Positions 1 through 9,702 of a stretch of DNA of 64,000 nt are shown in pieces. The notes beneath the pieces were generated by a model that saw nothing but the letters and a program-made list of their open reading frames with translations, made no database searches and was not told where the DNA came from. This DNA comes from Planctomycetia bacterium (lineage in GTDB: Bacteria; Planctomycetota; Planctomycetia; Gemmatales; Gemmataceae). The stretch covers positions 56,565-120,564 of the forward strand of contig SYCV01000057.1 of the NCBI GenBank assembly GCA_005786805.1. Direction: 5' to 3'. Position 1 is the stretch's first letter. Each line of letters opens with the position of its first letter. Made by a program: the position numbers and the translations under genes.

Positions 1-1611
1 CAGTCCGATGAATTTCATGAGCAACTTTACAGGATCAGTCGTTGGTCCCTTGATACCAGGGATGGCAGCAAGTCCGACATGAATTTCGAACCTGATGGCA
101 TGGTTTGGGATCTTGTCCAAAGTGATAGCAGTAATTGCATGGGGCGGAGTTGCAAAGATTATCAAAGATGTCACTATTATCAAGCGAGACGAACCATAGC
201 AAGTGCTGATATCCTGCTGGTGAACCATGCCCTTTTTTTTGCAGACCTCTCTGTCAGGGGCAAAGGTGCTAGTCTTCTGCCGGATTATGGCGCGGTTATT
301 TTTGACGAGGGCCACATGGTGGAGGATGTGGCTATTGACCAATTGGGCGATAACCTCAGCCAGGGGGCTTTTCATTATCTCTTTGAAAGACTCGCAAGCT
401 CCGGCAAAAAAGAACGCGGATTGCTGGCTGGTGATGCTTTTTTTGAAGCCAAACAACAACTTCATTCCGCAAGGGCTGAAGTGGATTTGTTTTTTTTGAA
501 CATACAAAACTGGATGAATTCCCGTGCGATTGGCGATAGGGACTCAGGAAATTTCCGTGATGCCGGGCATTTCAGGGTCTTGGATAAAAATATCGTGGTG
601 AATAATGTCACTGATGCGCTTTCCGAACTTGCCAAGAATCTTGAAAATGCCTCCTCTGATTTGCCTGAGGAGGAGAAAATTGAATTTCAATCCATGGCTG
701 ATAAGGCGGTTGACCTGGGTGTAAGGGTTCAGGAATGGCTAGAACAACAACATAATGGCAATGTTTTTTGGCTTGAATTGGCGGGTAAGCGAGCTCTAAG
801 GCTTAATCTTTGCCGGGCGCCTGTGGATGTGGCACCCATCCTTAAAGAAAGGCTTTTTTCAAAGGATATTCCGATTGTTTTGACCAGTGCCACCCTTTCA
901 ACGGGGGGTGATGAAGGTTTCAAGACGGTTAAGGAGAGGCTTGGTATTGATAAAGCCGAGGCGCTGGCACTGGAAAGCCCCTTTGATTATTACAATCAGG
1001 CGCAATTGTATTTATTTAAAAAAATTCCCGATCCCGCCTCCCAGCCCAGGGAATTTGAAGAATCCTCGCTTGCAATGATTTGCAAGTTCTTGGAAAAGTC
1101 CCAAGGACGAGCCTTTGTGCTTTTTACCAGTTACCAATTCATGCAGCGTACGGGCAAAGTGCTTGAATCCTGGTGTCAGCAAAGGGGATTCCCTCTTTTT
1201 GTACAGGGGCAGGGCTTGACCAGAAATAGGATGCTGGACCAATTCAGGGAATCTAAAAATGCGGTTCTTCTTGGTGTGGATAGTTTTTGGCAGGGAGTTG
1301 ATGTGCAGGGGGACGCACTTTCAAATGTGATCATCACGAGATTGCCTTTTGTTGTTCCCGATCTTCCCCTGGCCCAGGCACGCCATGAAGCCATCCAGCA
1401 AAAGGGTGGAAACGGCTTTTATGATTTACAGATTCCACAGGCGGTTCTTAAATTAAAACAGGGAGTTGGAAGGTTGATCCGGTCTTCCACGGACAAGGGA
1501 ATGATAGTGATCCTCGACCCAAGGATTCTCACCAAGGGTTATGGGAAGAAATTTTTGAGAGCGCTGCCGAAATGCCGGCTTTTTGTGGATGAGGTGGAAC
1601 AACCGGCCTAG
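1..1611 (+). CDS. dinG: DinG/XPD(Rad3)-family ATP-dependent DNA helicase, 5'-truncated by the window edge
   Basis: Frame 1 is open from nt 1, with no stop before the first Met at 79. Cys cluster NCMGRSCKDYQRCHYY (Fe-S domain type). DEGH box (IFDEGHMVED). C-terminal helicase motifs LTSATLS, VLLGVDSFWQGVDV, ITRLPF, QGVGRLIRS. Confidence 0.85.
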   Translation, partial: QSDEFHEQLYRISRWSLDTRDGSKSDMNFEPDGMVWDLVQSDSSNCMGRSCKDYQRCHYYQARRTIASADILLVNHALFFADLSVRGKGASLLPDYGAVIFDEGHMVEDVAIDQLGDNLSQGAFHYLFERLASSGKKERGLLAGDAFFEAKQQLHSARAEVDLFFLNIQNWMNSRAIGDRDSGNFRDAGHFRVLDKNIVVNNVTDALSELAKNLENASSDLPEEEKIEFQSMADKAVDLGVRVQEWLEQQHNGNVFWLELAGKRALRLNLCRAPVDVAPILKERLFSKDIPIVLTSATLSTGGDEGFKTVKERLGIDKAEALALESPFDYYNQAQLYLFKKIPDPASQPREFEESSLAMICKFLEKSQGRAFVLFTSYQFMQRTGKVLESWCQQRGFPLFVQGQGLTRNRMLDQFRESKNAVLLGVDSFWQGVDVQGDALSNVIITRLPFVVPDLPLAQARHEAIQQKGGNGFYDLQIPQAVLKLKQGVGRLIRSSTDKGMIVILDPRILTKGYGKKFLRALPKCRLFVDEVEQPA

Positions 1612-2578
1612 ATTTTTCTTTTTTGTCGTTGCCGCGGGTTGTGGGATGGATGTGTTGATTTTTTGGCTTTGTGTTAAGGAAACTGAATTGCAAACGATCA
1701 GTGTCTTGGACTTTCACAAATACGCCAGTGCTTCTGGCCCAATATTCCCCCTTCATGCTTAATACTATCTCTCCTTCCATTTCTTTGTCAGCTTCGAAAA
1801 AAGGAATTCTTTTTCTTAAGCCGTCATTCTGAATGACTAAAAGTTCAGGGTAATAGTCGCCATTAGCAATAAATCGCATGTTTTTTGTTTTTGCATCAAG
1901 TATTGCGATGATGCTGGACAACTCACTCCATACCGGGATGAACTTGAAAAATTCTGAATCGATTGATGCCACAACATTGATGGATTTGATGTCTTCGCTT
2001 CCAAATTCACCAAGGATATAGGCTGGTTTGTGAGGAAATGATTCTTTCCTTTGCCTTAGTAATGAGTCTAGGGAACCTGAAACAAGACAGTCTGCGGATG
2101 CATATACTCCCATCCAGTCCGGGTTGAAATGTTCTGATGGCGAAGCTGATAAACATTTCAACCAACCGGGTAGATGCGACCAGCAAATTGAAGGATTGTA
2201 CAGGTTCGAGGCTATCAGCCAATTGGAATTGAATATTGGGGAGGAGTCCCATCCTGCGATTAATTCAAATATTCTCGTAATTGCATGGCTGCGTGCTTTT
2301 TCATTTGTGGCGGTGGGTTGGTATTTATTTGATTCCACGCAAATGCCTGAATCCAAAGGCACTAGTCTTTGGAAATCGGCAGGGCTCTTGATTCTTTGGA
2401 AATCGTTGCTTCTTCCAATTTCTTTTGTTTTGTTGTTTTGTATTAGTTTTAAGAGTGACCCTTGGAACTCAGACTTCCAGAAGGATTTTATATCTTCCAA
2501 GTCGAGTTGATATGTTCCCTTGATTTTGAAATAAAGACTCGCCAGTTTTTGGAATAATTTATTCTTTATCGACGACAT
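1529..2578 (-). CDS. hypothetical protein (349 aa); faint by-eye resemblance to bacterial GH3-family proteins, not assignable
   Basis: Only long ORF in this stretch, with an ATG start. Its 3' end overlaps the dinG 3' end by 83 nt. The segments DFQRLVPL and GEYWARSTG...LQFSFLN recall GH3 proteins, but no adenylation motifs are visible. Confidence 0.55.
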   Translation of the reverse strand: MSSIKNKLFQKLASLYFKIKGTYQLDLEDIKSFWKSEFQGSLLKLIQNNKTKEIGRSNDFQRIKSPADFQRLVPLDSGICVESNKYQPTATNEKARSHAITRIFELIAGWDSSPIFNSNWLIASNLYNPSICWSHLPGWLKCLSASPSEHFNPDWMGVYASADCLVSGSLDSLLRQRKESFPHKPAYILGEFGSEDIKSINVVASIDSEFFKFIPVWSELSSIIAILDAKTKNMRFIANGDYYPELLVIQNDGLRKRIPFFEADKEMEGEIVLSMKGEYWARSTGVFVKVQDTDRLQFSFLNTKPKNQHIHPTTRGNDKKEKSRPVVPPHPQKAGISAALSKISSHNPW

Positions 2579-2674
2579 GATTCAAGCTATCCGTTGCTAT
2601 GTTCGTTAACAATCTGAAAACTATCAGACACTTATACTTTAACCTGTTTGGTCTGTAATAAAAGTGCAATGGGT

Positions 2675-2712
2675 AAAAAAAAGAAGAGCCCAGTAGAAAC
2701 TGGACTCTTCTT
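2675..2712 (-). terminator. Rho-independent terminator downstream of the DUF1501 gene
   Basis: On the minus strand there is a 14-position stem (2681-2694 / 2699-2712, one C.A mismatch) with a 4-nt loop, followed by a U-tract. On the plus strand this is the A8 run at 2675-2682, whose last two A also form the base of the stem. It starts 23 nt after the stop at 2735. Confidence 0.7.
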
Positions 2713-2734
2713 GGGGGAATTATTTGGCCGCGGA

Positions 2735-4042
2735 TTAGACAACGCCTTCGAGAGGTTTGCCGTCAGCAATAGCCATGGGTCGGCCAAGGTTGTCACGAAC
2801 TTGTGATGTGGGATCAAGTCCAAGACCCTTGTAGACGGTTGCAAAAACATCACCGATGGTGCAAGGTTTGTCTTTGATATCGGTGCCATCGGGGCCAGTT
2901 GAGCCATATGCCTGGCCGCCTTTGATTGCGCCGCCACCAATCACAATGGACCAACATCTTGCCCAGTGATCACGGCCACCGTTTTGGTTGATCTTGGGAG
3001 TACGCCCAAAATCACCCATCCACATTACAACGGTGTCTTTCCATTTGCCTCTTTCAACAAGTTCCTTCACCAAGTTGCCCATACCCTTGTCAAGGCGGGG
3101 GCCATTTCCGGTGCGGATTGTGTTGAAGATGTTGGCGTGGTTATCCCAACCACCCAAATCGATTTCAACGCAGGTCACATTTTTCTCGACCAGTTTTCTA
3201 GCGAGAAGGCAACCCATACCAAAGTTGTTCATACGACCGCCGTATGCTTCGATCACGCTTGCGGGTTCGGTGGAGATTTCGAACACGGTTCGTAATGGAG
3301 AAACGGTAAGATCGAAAGCCTTCTTGTAAATTGAGGTGTGAGCTTGCGCGGCACTACCTGCAGCTTCACGATCTTCTGGTTTCTTCATGTGAGGGAAACT
3401 GTTTTCCGCGAAGGTGTCTTCGACAGAGTAGAACAAGCGCTGACGCCTGCGCAGCCTTTCCATCGATTCAGTTTCGTTACCAAGGGAAGCTGGCGCCTTG
3501 ATGTTTTCTGGAGGTTGTCCAGCATTTTGCACGGTGAATGGTGCATTCATCATGCCTAAAAAGCCAGGTCCGATTCGTTGTGCTGTTCCGCCTACGCCGA
3601 TAAATCCAGGCAAAGGAAGATCCTTGGGGGTAAGGAGTGCCGAAGCCTGTGCACCTAATGCAGGGTATTGAACCACTGGACTTGGCATACGGCCGGTGTT
3701 CATCAACACGGTGCCGCGTTCATGGCTACCTTCGTTGGTTACCAAGGAACGAATTGCGACAAGGTGTTTGAACTGGGAAGCGACAGTTGGAAGAACTTCG
3801 CTGATTTCTACTCCTGATGCGGAGGTTTTAATGGTTTTGAATTCACCACCAGTTTGTGCACCTGGCTTAAGATCCCAAAGATCCATATGGCTGGGACCGC
3901 CACCCATCCAGAATATGATTAAGCTTTTGTTTGCTTTTTTAAGATTGGTTTCTGCTGCTCGTATGTTTTGGATGAAATTAGTACTTGGAAGCATCATTGC
4001 AGATGCACCGGCAACATGTTGCATAAAATGACGACGATCCAT
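2735..4042 (-). CDS. DUF1501 domain-containing protein (sulfatase-like fold), TAT-exported
   Basis: Twin-arginine leader MDRRHFMQHVAGASAMML. DUF1501 hallmarks FWMGGGPSHMDLWDLKP, GGWDNH, MGDFGRTPKIN, GRDHW. GGAG lies about 8 nt upstream of the ATG. Confidence 0.9.
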   Translation of the reverse strand: MDRRHFMQHVAGASAMMLPSTNFIQNIRAAETNLKKANKSLIIFWMGGGPSHMDLWDLKPGAQTGGEFKTIKTSASGVEISEVLPTVASQFKHLVAIRSLVTNEGSHERGTVLMNTGRMPSPVVQYPALGAQASALLTPKDLPLPGFIGVGGTAQRIGPGFLGMMNAPFTVQNAGQPPENIKAPASLGNETESMERLRRRQRLFYSVEDTFAENSFPHMKKPEDREAAGSAAQAHTSIYKKAFDLTVSPLRTVFEISTEPASVIEAYGGRMNNFGMGCLLARKLVEKNVTCVEIDLGGWDNHANIFNTIRTGNGPRLDKGMGNLVKELVERGKWKDTVVMWMGDFGRTPKINQNGGRDHWARCWSIVIGGGAIKGGQAYGSTGPDGTDIKDKPCTIGDVFATVYKGLGLDPTSQVRDNLGRPMAIADGKPLEGVV

Positions 4043-4311
4043 AACTATCTCCTAAAAATGAGTTTCTAACTCTAAGCCTTTATCTTAGTTAAGTTTCTGA
4101 TCTTATTGATGCATTGTCAATAAATAATCTGAATCTTTTAATACTTTTCCCAAAGTTTACTACTTCTAATTATTTAGTCGGCTTATTTCTGTTAAGGTTC
4201 CAAATTAATTACGAATATTTCAATCTTTTGCGATTTAACTTGAATAATTTAAAAAAAACTTCTGATAAATGGTAAACAAGACATCAGAAATCAACGCGGT
4301 TTGGAGAATTT

Positions 4312-5649
4312 ATGAACCCTTTGCAAAAATTAAGAATGGAATCGGAAAGTATTTGGAGAAAAGGGGTTATGGCTGTTGACCCGTCTGGTTTGGTCGTTCG
4401 TTTTGTCAATTCTGATCCCGGTTTTCAATTACATTTGAAGAATTCTGAAAGAATTTTAATCGTTGGAGCAGGTAAAGCATCTGCTGCCATGGGGTTGGGA
4501 TTGGAACAGCAAATAAAGCATTTTCTTCCCAAAGCACATGGAATTTTGAATGTTCCTGAAGCAAATTACCCAAACTTACAAAAGATAAAGCTTAATTTGG
4601 CCAGACCCTTAGGTATGAATCAGCCTACTGCGAAAGCTGTTGAAGGTTCAAAATTAATGTTACAGCTTGCAAAAGGGGCCAGAGAGGGGGATTTGCTTAT
4701 TGCTTTGATTTCCGGAGGTGGATCAGCATTGATGCCTTTGCCAAGTGAAGGCGTTTCGCTTGAAGACAAGCAAAAAGTCACTTCAATCCTTTCCTCATGC
4801 TCTGCATCCATTAATGAATTAAACTGTGTTAGAAAACATCTTTCCCAGATCAAGGGGGGGCGACTAGCCCAAGCTTTTCTTGAGGCAACCAATGGGAAAG
4901 GCAATATTTATAGTTTGATACTGTCGGATGTGATTGAGGACAAACTTGATGTGATTGGTTCTGGCCCAACAGTGAATGACCCCACAACTTTTAAAGATGC
5001 AATTACCATTTTGGAAAAATACCAGTTAATTCAAAGCGTTCCAGATTCTGTGTTAAGGCATTTGAAAAAAGGATTGGAGGGAGAGATTCTGGAAACACCC
5101 AAGGATTTGCCGGGAGATATCAAAAATATAGTGCTTGGGAATAATGCCCTTGCTTTGGAGAGCGCTGCAATTCATGCCGAACATCTTGGTTATCATGTGA
5201 TAAATTTGGGTTCCTGCATGGAGAGTGATACTGCGGCATTGGCGATTTTTCATGCCTCGATTGCTCGCTCAATTCTTAAATATGGCCAGCCGGTAAAACC
5301 CCCTGTTTGTATTTTGTCGGGTGGGGAAACCACTGTGAATCTTGGAAAAAACCCGGGAAAAGGCGGGAGAAATCAGGAGATGGCGCTGGCTTTTTTATGT
5401 GCCCTCAAAGAACAGGGATTGGAGAGAATTACTTTTCTTGCGGCTGGTTCTGATGGCGAAGATGGTCCTACTGACGCCGCGGGTGCTTTTGCAGATGGCA
5501 ACACTTTGCAACAATCCGGTTCAATGAATGCTTCTGATTACCTGACTCGTCATGATGCGTATCATTATTTTAAAAATTCAAATTCGCTTTTTCAGCCGGG
5601 GCCAACTGGGACTAATGTGATGGACTTGAGAGTGCTGTTGGTTGTTTAG
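4312..5649 (+). CDS. glycerate 2-kinase / hydroxypyruvate reductase-like protein (DUF4147 + MOFRL domains)
   Basis: ILIVGAGKASAAMGLGLE (DUF4147 N-domain), ISGGGSAL, ILSGGETTV, AGSDGEDGPTDAAGAF (MOFRL). GGAG precedes the ATG. Confidence 0.85.
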   Translation: MNPLQKLRMESESIWRKGVMAVDPSGLVVRFVNSDPGFQLHLKNSERILIVGAGKASAAMGLGLEQQIKHFLPKAHGILNVPEANYPNLQKIKLNLARPLGMNQPTAKAVEGSKLMLQLAKGAREGDLLIALISGGGSALMPLPSEGVSLEDKQKVTSILSSCSASINELNCVRKHLSQIKGGRLAQAFLEATNGKGNIYSLILSDVIEDKLDVIGSGPTVNDPTTFKDAITILEKYQLIQSVPDSVLRHLKKGLEGEILETPKDLPGDIKNIVLGNNALALESAAIHAEHLGYHVINLGSCMESDTAALAIFHASIARSILKYGQPVKPPVCILSGGETTVNLGKNPGKGGRNQEMALAFLCALKEQGLERITFLAAGSDGEDGPTDAAGAFADGNTLQQSGSMNASDYLTRHDAYHYFKNSNSLFQPGPTGTNVMDLRVLLVV

Positions 5650-5652
5650 TTT

Positions 5653-6525
5653 TTATTTGCCCTCAATCTGGCTTTTAATATTGGAAATGGATTCAAGGCC
5701 GAGTACTTCTTTTAACTCGGAAAAGTTGAGCATTTTTCCCGCTTCCGGCCGGTCAACCCTACCTTTTTTCATGTAAACATCAAGTAGTTGTTTCATTGCC
5801 GCGGCGGTTACCATCAGGCTTTCAATCGGACAAACCGCAATTTTATAACCCATGTTTTCAAGTTCATTTACCGAGAGGATCGGAGTGACCCCTCCGGTCA
5901 GCATGTTAGCAAGTAATGGGTGTTTAACTTCCCTGGCTATGAGTTGAAGTTCCTCGATCGATTGGGGAGCTTCAACAAAACACACATCCACTCCCAACTC
6001 CCTCGCCTTGTTTGCGCGATCAATCGCGGCATTTATTCCTTCAACTGCCCGGGAATCCGTTCTTGCAATTATGATGAAATCGGGGTTTTTTCGAGCATCA
6101 ATGCCGGCTTTAAGCCGATCAAGCCATTCTTTAATGGGCACAATTTGCTTGCCGGAAAAATGGCCACATCTCTTGGGGTTTACCTGGTCTTCAAGAAGTA
6201 TCCCTGCCGCGCCTGAGTTTTCAAATTCCCGGACAGTTCTTTGAACATTATGGATATCACCATGCCCGGTGTCTCCATCCGCCACGACCGGAATTTGAAG
6301 TCTTGACGACATCCTTCGAACAGCGTCAGCCATTTCAGATAGTGTGATTAAGCCCACATCAGGAAGACCAAGCATACTTGCCGAGGTGCCAAACCCTCCA
6401 AGAAAAACCGTCTCAAGGCCCGCTTGTTCGATAAGAAGTGCTGTAAAAACATCATGTGCCCCCAAACTTCGGATGATTCCAGGTTTTTGAATAAGACTGC
6501 GAAGTTTTGAGGAATTGGAGATCAT
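5653..6525 (-). CDS. isocitrate lyase/PEP mutase family protein (2-methylisocitrate lyase or carboxyvinyl-carboxyphosphonate phosphorylmutase-like)
   Basis: GAHDVFTALLIEQAG, GGFGTSASMLGLPD, VVADGDTGHGD, GILLEDQVNPKRCGH, IIARTD. These are the typical ICL/PEPM superfamily motifs. Confidence 0.85.
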   Translation of the reverse strand: MISNSSKLRSLIQKPGIIRSLGAHDVFTALLIEQAGLETVFLGGFGTSASMLGLPDVGLITLSEMADAVRRMSSRLQIPVVADGDTGHGDIHNVQRTVREFENSGAAGILLEDQVNPKRCGHFSGKQIVPIKEWLDRLKAGIDARKNPDFIIIARTDSRAVEGINAAIDRANKARELGVDVCFVEAPQSIEELQLIAREVKHPLLANMLTGGVTPILSVNELENMGYKIAVCPIESLMVTAAAMKQLLDVYMKKGRVDRPEAGKMLNFSELKEVLGLESISNIKSQIEGK

Positions 6526-6901
6526 GATTTTGTAATCCCTGCGTTGTGATTGAAATTTTTACCAAACAATCTTTTAAAGATTGTAAAAACTACCATATTT
6601 CCATCGATCATTGAGTTCAATTAAAAATGATATCCCGAACAAAAAGCTTGTTTTCAAGGGTTAAAAGGCTTGATAAAAATAATTTCAACGATTGGCACAC
6701 CTGTTGCATTAATAATATCAGCGGCCTGAAACAATGGAACAGATTGTCAAAGGGGCCGGAACAGAGAAGAGCGACCCGGCAGATTAGGAAGTTTGTTGGG
6801 TCAGAATTCATAGCAACCGCCCCCCGGCGGAGACCCATGAAGTGTGGATGGCCTCCCCCCAATAAGCCTTCTACACAACCCCAATTAGTCATGGGAAATT
6901 T

Positions 6902-6943
6902 GCCCGCATATTGATCCCCCTCAATATGCGGGCTTTATTATTT
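6902..6943 (+). terminator. strong intrinsic terminator hairpin, plus-strand polarity (possibly bidirectional, also abuts the apbC stop)
   Basis: Perfect 13-bp stem GCCCGCATATTGA / TCAATATGCGGGC (6902-6914 / 6921-6933) with a 6-nt loop, followed on the plus strand by TTTATTATTT. On the minus strand the hairpin is followed by AAATTTCCC, a poor U-tract. Confidence 0.6.
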
Positions 6944-7761
6944 CACATCTCCAATTTTGGTAATTCCCTGGGCGAATCCATGGAGCCTAATTCTTTGATC
7001 ACTGTCTGCGCCAAAGCCATGTAAGCTTTGCTAACCGGGTTTTCTGGATGCTTTAGCACTATAGGTTTTCCCTCATCACCTGACTCCGCGACTTTGGGGT
7101 CAATAGGAATTTCCCCGAGGAAGGGGACTTTGTATTCCTGGGAAAGTTTGTTTCCCCCGCCATGGCGGAATATTTCGTACTTTTTGCCATCATCCCCAAT
7201 AAAAAAGCTCATGTTTTCGATGATTCCCAAAATGGGAACTCGTACTTGTTTGAACATTTCAATACCTTTGCGGGCATCGATCATGCTTACTTCCTGGGGA
7301 GTGGTGACAATGACTGATCCATTAAGTGGAACAGTTTGAGTCAAGGTTAGTTGGGCATCTCCGGTCCCGGGGGGCAGGTCTATGACCAGATAATCAAGTG
7401 GGCCCCAGTCAAGCTCTGAGAGGAATTGCGTGAGGGCCCTATGAATCATCGGGCCACGCCATATCACCGCCTGGGTTGGTGGAACCAAAAATCCCATGGA
7501 CATGATTTTTAGTCCGTATTTCTCCAATGGAAGCGGAGTGGTGGCTTGGTCGACCACGCCATTTATGCCCATCATGGTTGGCATGCTGGGCCCGTAAATA
7601 TCCGCATCCAGCAACCCTACTTTATGTCCTGATGCAGCCAAAGCCAGTGCAAGGTTTGCTGATACGGTTGATTTTCCAACCCCGCCTTTTCCGCTGGCGA
7701 CGGCTACAATTGTGCGAATGTTGGGGAGATTCAACTTTGGCATCGTGGATGGCGGCTGCAT
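6943..7761 (-). CDS. apbC: Mrp/NBP35-family iron-sulfur cluster carrier ATPase
   Basis: Deviant Walker A VASGKGGVGKSTVSANLA. DADIYGPS, IDLPPGTGD, ENMS motifs. Confidence 0.9.
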   Translation of the reverse strand: MQPPSTMPKLNLPNIRTIVAVASGKGGVGKSTVSANLALALAASGHKVGLLDADIYGPSMPTMMGINGVVDQATTPLPLEKYGLKIMSMGFLVPPTQAVIWRGPMIHRALTQFLSELDWGPLDYLVIDLPPGTGDAQLTLTQTVPLNGSVIVTTPQEVSMIDARKGIEMFKQVRVPILGIIENMSFFIGDDGKKYEIFRHGGGNKLSQEYKVPFLGEIPIDPKVAESGDEGKPIVLKHPENPVSKAYMALAQTVIKELGSMDSPRELPKLEM

Positions 7762-7785
7762 TTTTATTTCCTTTATGAATAAACT

Positions 7786-8136
7786 CTAGGTTTTGGTTTT
7801 CTCTGAGAGACATTTTTCACACTGGCACAGGGCTCGCAGGCTCTCCAAAGTGTATATCCCGGAATCGTGGCCATCATTCCAAACTATTCGATAGGCGTAA
7901 TGACCAACCGGGACCAAGGATTTGGGTGCTGGTTGCACCAGTTCAGAGGGCTTCAAAATATGAAATGGATTGGCTGGTTTTTCTCGTTCATCCCTGCAGG
8001 TTGCGCATGGGCAATTTGACCTCAGATGTTTCCATCCAAGTAATCCAGCATGGCCATCATTCCAATCTATAAGCAGGGAATCCTCGCCCTTCTTTCGAAG
8101 GGAATTCGGGAAAAGATCAGATTTGTAATCAGCCAT
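7786..8136 (-). CDS. DUF971 domain-containing protein
   Basis: Duplicated W.DGH segments (IDWNDGHAG, IVWNDGHDSGIY), the CPCATC motif and a C-terminal LR..C.C..C. It sits directly upstream of mrp, a common pairing. Confidence 0.8.
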   Translation of the reverse strand: MADYKSDLFPNSLRKKGEDSLLIDWNDGHAGLLGWKHLRSNCPCATCRDEREKPANPFHILKPSELVQPAPKSLVPVGHYAYRIVWNDGHDSGIYTLESLRALCQCEKCLSEKTKT

Positions 8137-8213
8137 ATTAAATAGTCCTCTCGCTTATCTTTCACTATAGGAAAGAAAAGGGCGTTTGGGACTACTTCCC
8201 TTGGTCGGGGCCA

Positions 8214-9590
8214 TTAATCATTCAAGGTGACTGGTTTTTTTTCGGGTTGATTTTCCATGATGTCGATTCGAATTTGCTCAGCGCTTTTTGTGGCTGAAAT
8301 CAGGAATCGTTTGTTCTGGAAGGATAGAAAACCGTTTGATGGGATTTTGCTTTCCTGCCAAAGCGTTGAGGTTTCATCACGAAGTTCGAGTCTTATTTTT
8401 CTTTGAACCTCGGTCCAATCCTGCGGAAGAGAGGGCAAAATAAGGCTTGCAACGCTCGCTTGCCCATTGCTCGGAATTGCAACAGTCGTCGCGACAGGGA
8501 CACCGGACCTGGTTGCGGGTGTTCTTCGTTCTTCCTGTAATTCAACGGGAAGAGTGATGGAGGGAAGGGGGCTTTTGCCAAGTGTTGCTTCCTCACTTCG
8601 TATAAGTTCACCGGTTAGGCGCAGGATTTTTCTATCCGCGGAAATAGTCAGCAGAAGGTTTCTCACTGATTGAAGATTGAAAACCCCTGGATCGAGAATC
8701 ATTTGGTTTTTCTGGCCCAGACGGAGAATTTCACCCGAGGGAGTTTGAAAACGAACATCTCCAAAAGTGAAATTAGGCCGGGCTGCCAATTGCCTTTCAA
8801 ACGGAAAGACGGAGTCAGAATGTTCGGGAAGAAATGTTGTTGAAAACACCCCGTTTCTATTTGTTTTTTCAACATTGATTCCAGTATCTGAAACAGTCAG
8901 CAAGGCGGTGATTGTTCCCTCGGGTGGCTCAAGAACATTTACAATTTCTGTTTTTTGATCATGTTCCAGTCCATTGACTGCGGCAAGCTTGATGACATAG
9001 CCCCCAGCCTTTTGAAAAGTTACCATTTTTTCCTGTGTCTGTGTGTTGGTAACCTCGAGAGGGCGGTCGTCCCCCAAATCCCAAACACATAACTGTGCGT
9101 TTTTTACCTTGCTCATGATTTTAAATGTTGCAGGGGCATAGGAACCCGCACTCACGGGCACGGCTTCAAGATTAACAACCTTGGTTGGTTCGAGTGCTGG
9201 AGGTGGGTCAATGCGTAAAACAACCTGCCTCTCATTTTCCTCGCCCAGTAAATTTCTTAGGGTCATTTTAACGGTGTATTCACCAGGGCGGGAATAAACA
9301 TGGTTCACAAATTCACGATCCGGAGAAACCGCTTCCAATGGGGTTCCATCTCCGAATTCCCACCATCCCTGGCCTCCGGAGGATAAATTTTGAAAGCGAA
9401 TTTTCAAACCATCTTTCTCAAAAGAGAAATTTGCAACTGGCTTTGACGGCCTTACCACTTTGTCAACCAAAGGGGTCACATACATGACTACAGCACCGGA
9501 AAGTAAACCCCCCACTGTTCCAATCGCCATTTTAATCCAGCCTTTGACTTTTTCCTTTGCGGTGGCTTTGATTGTTGATTCTGTTGTCAT
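8214..9590 (-). CDS. membrane-anchored PKD-domain protein with an uncharacterised C-terminal half
   Basis: N-terminal TM helix (GWIKMAIGTVGGLLSGAVVMYV). PKD signature WEFGDGT...HVYSRPGEYTVKMT and a second degenerate PKD-like unit (WDLGDD...GGYVIKL). I placed the start at the internal ATG (Met59 of the track ORF), because the longer form overlaps the upstream gene. Confidence 0.75.
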   Translation of the reverse strand: MTTESTIKATAKEKVKGWIKMAIGTVGGLLSGAVVMYVTPLVDKVVRPSKPVANFSFEKDGLKIRFQNLSSGGQGWWEFGDGTPLEAVSPDREFVNHVYSRPGEYTVKMTLRNLLGEENERQVVLRIDPPPALEPTKVVNLEAVPVSAGSYAPATFKIMSKVKNAQLCVWDLGDDRPLEVTNTQTQEKMVTFQKAGGYVIKLAAVNGLEHDQKTEIVNVLEPPEGTITALLTVSDTGINVEKTNRNGVFSTTFLPEHSDSVFPFERQLAARPNFTFGDVRFQTPSGEILRLGQKNQMILDPGVFNLQSVRNLLLTISADRKILRLTGELIRSEEATLGKSPLPSITLPVELQEERRTPATRSGVPVATTVAIPSNGQASVASLILPSLPQDWTEVQRKIRLELRDETSTLWQESKIPSNGFLSFQNKRFLISATKSAEQIRIDIMENQPEKKPVTLND

Positions 9591-9702
9591 GGACCTAATC
9601 TCCCTGGCAAAATAATTCAAATATGTCGCAAGAATAAATGAAATTGGCAGATTTAGTCGAGACATGTTTTCATGAGGGAATGGAATTCCAACACTTTGTT
9701 TT

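Noticed and set aside
6750-6860. Possible SRP RNA, RNase P RNA, tmRNA or a known riboswitch
   Set aside because: CCGGAA...GAAGAGC...GGCAGAU superficially recalls SRP domain IV, but the flanks do not pair around a GGAA tetraloop. The RNase P GAGGAAAGUCCGGGC box is absent, as are a tmRNA tag and CCA end, and no B12, TPP, SAM or ZTP core sequences are present.
6617-6914. Overlapping 91-aa (minus) and 95-aa (plus) ORFs in the 417-bp gap
   Set aside because: The translations are compositionally odd (Arg/Pro/Cys runs) and there is no Shine-Dalgarno. The ORFs run through GC-rich helices and into the terminator stem. The region is better explained as non-coding (see the sRNA candidate finding).
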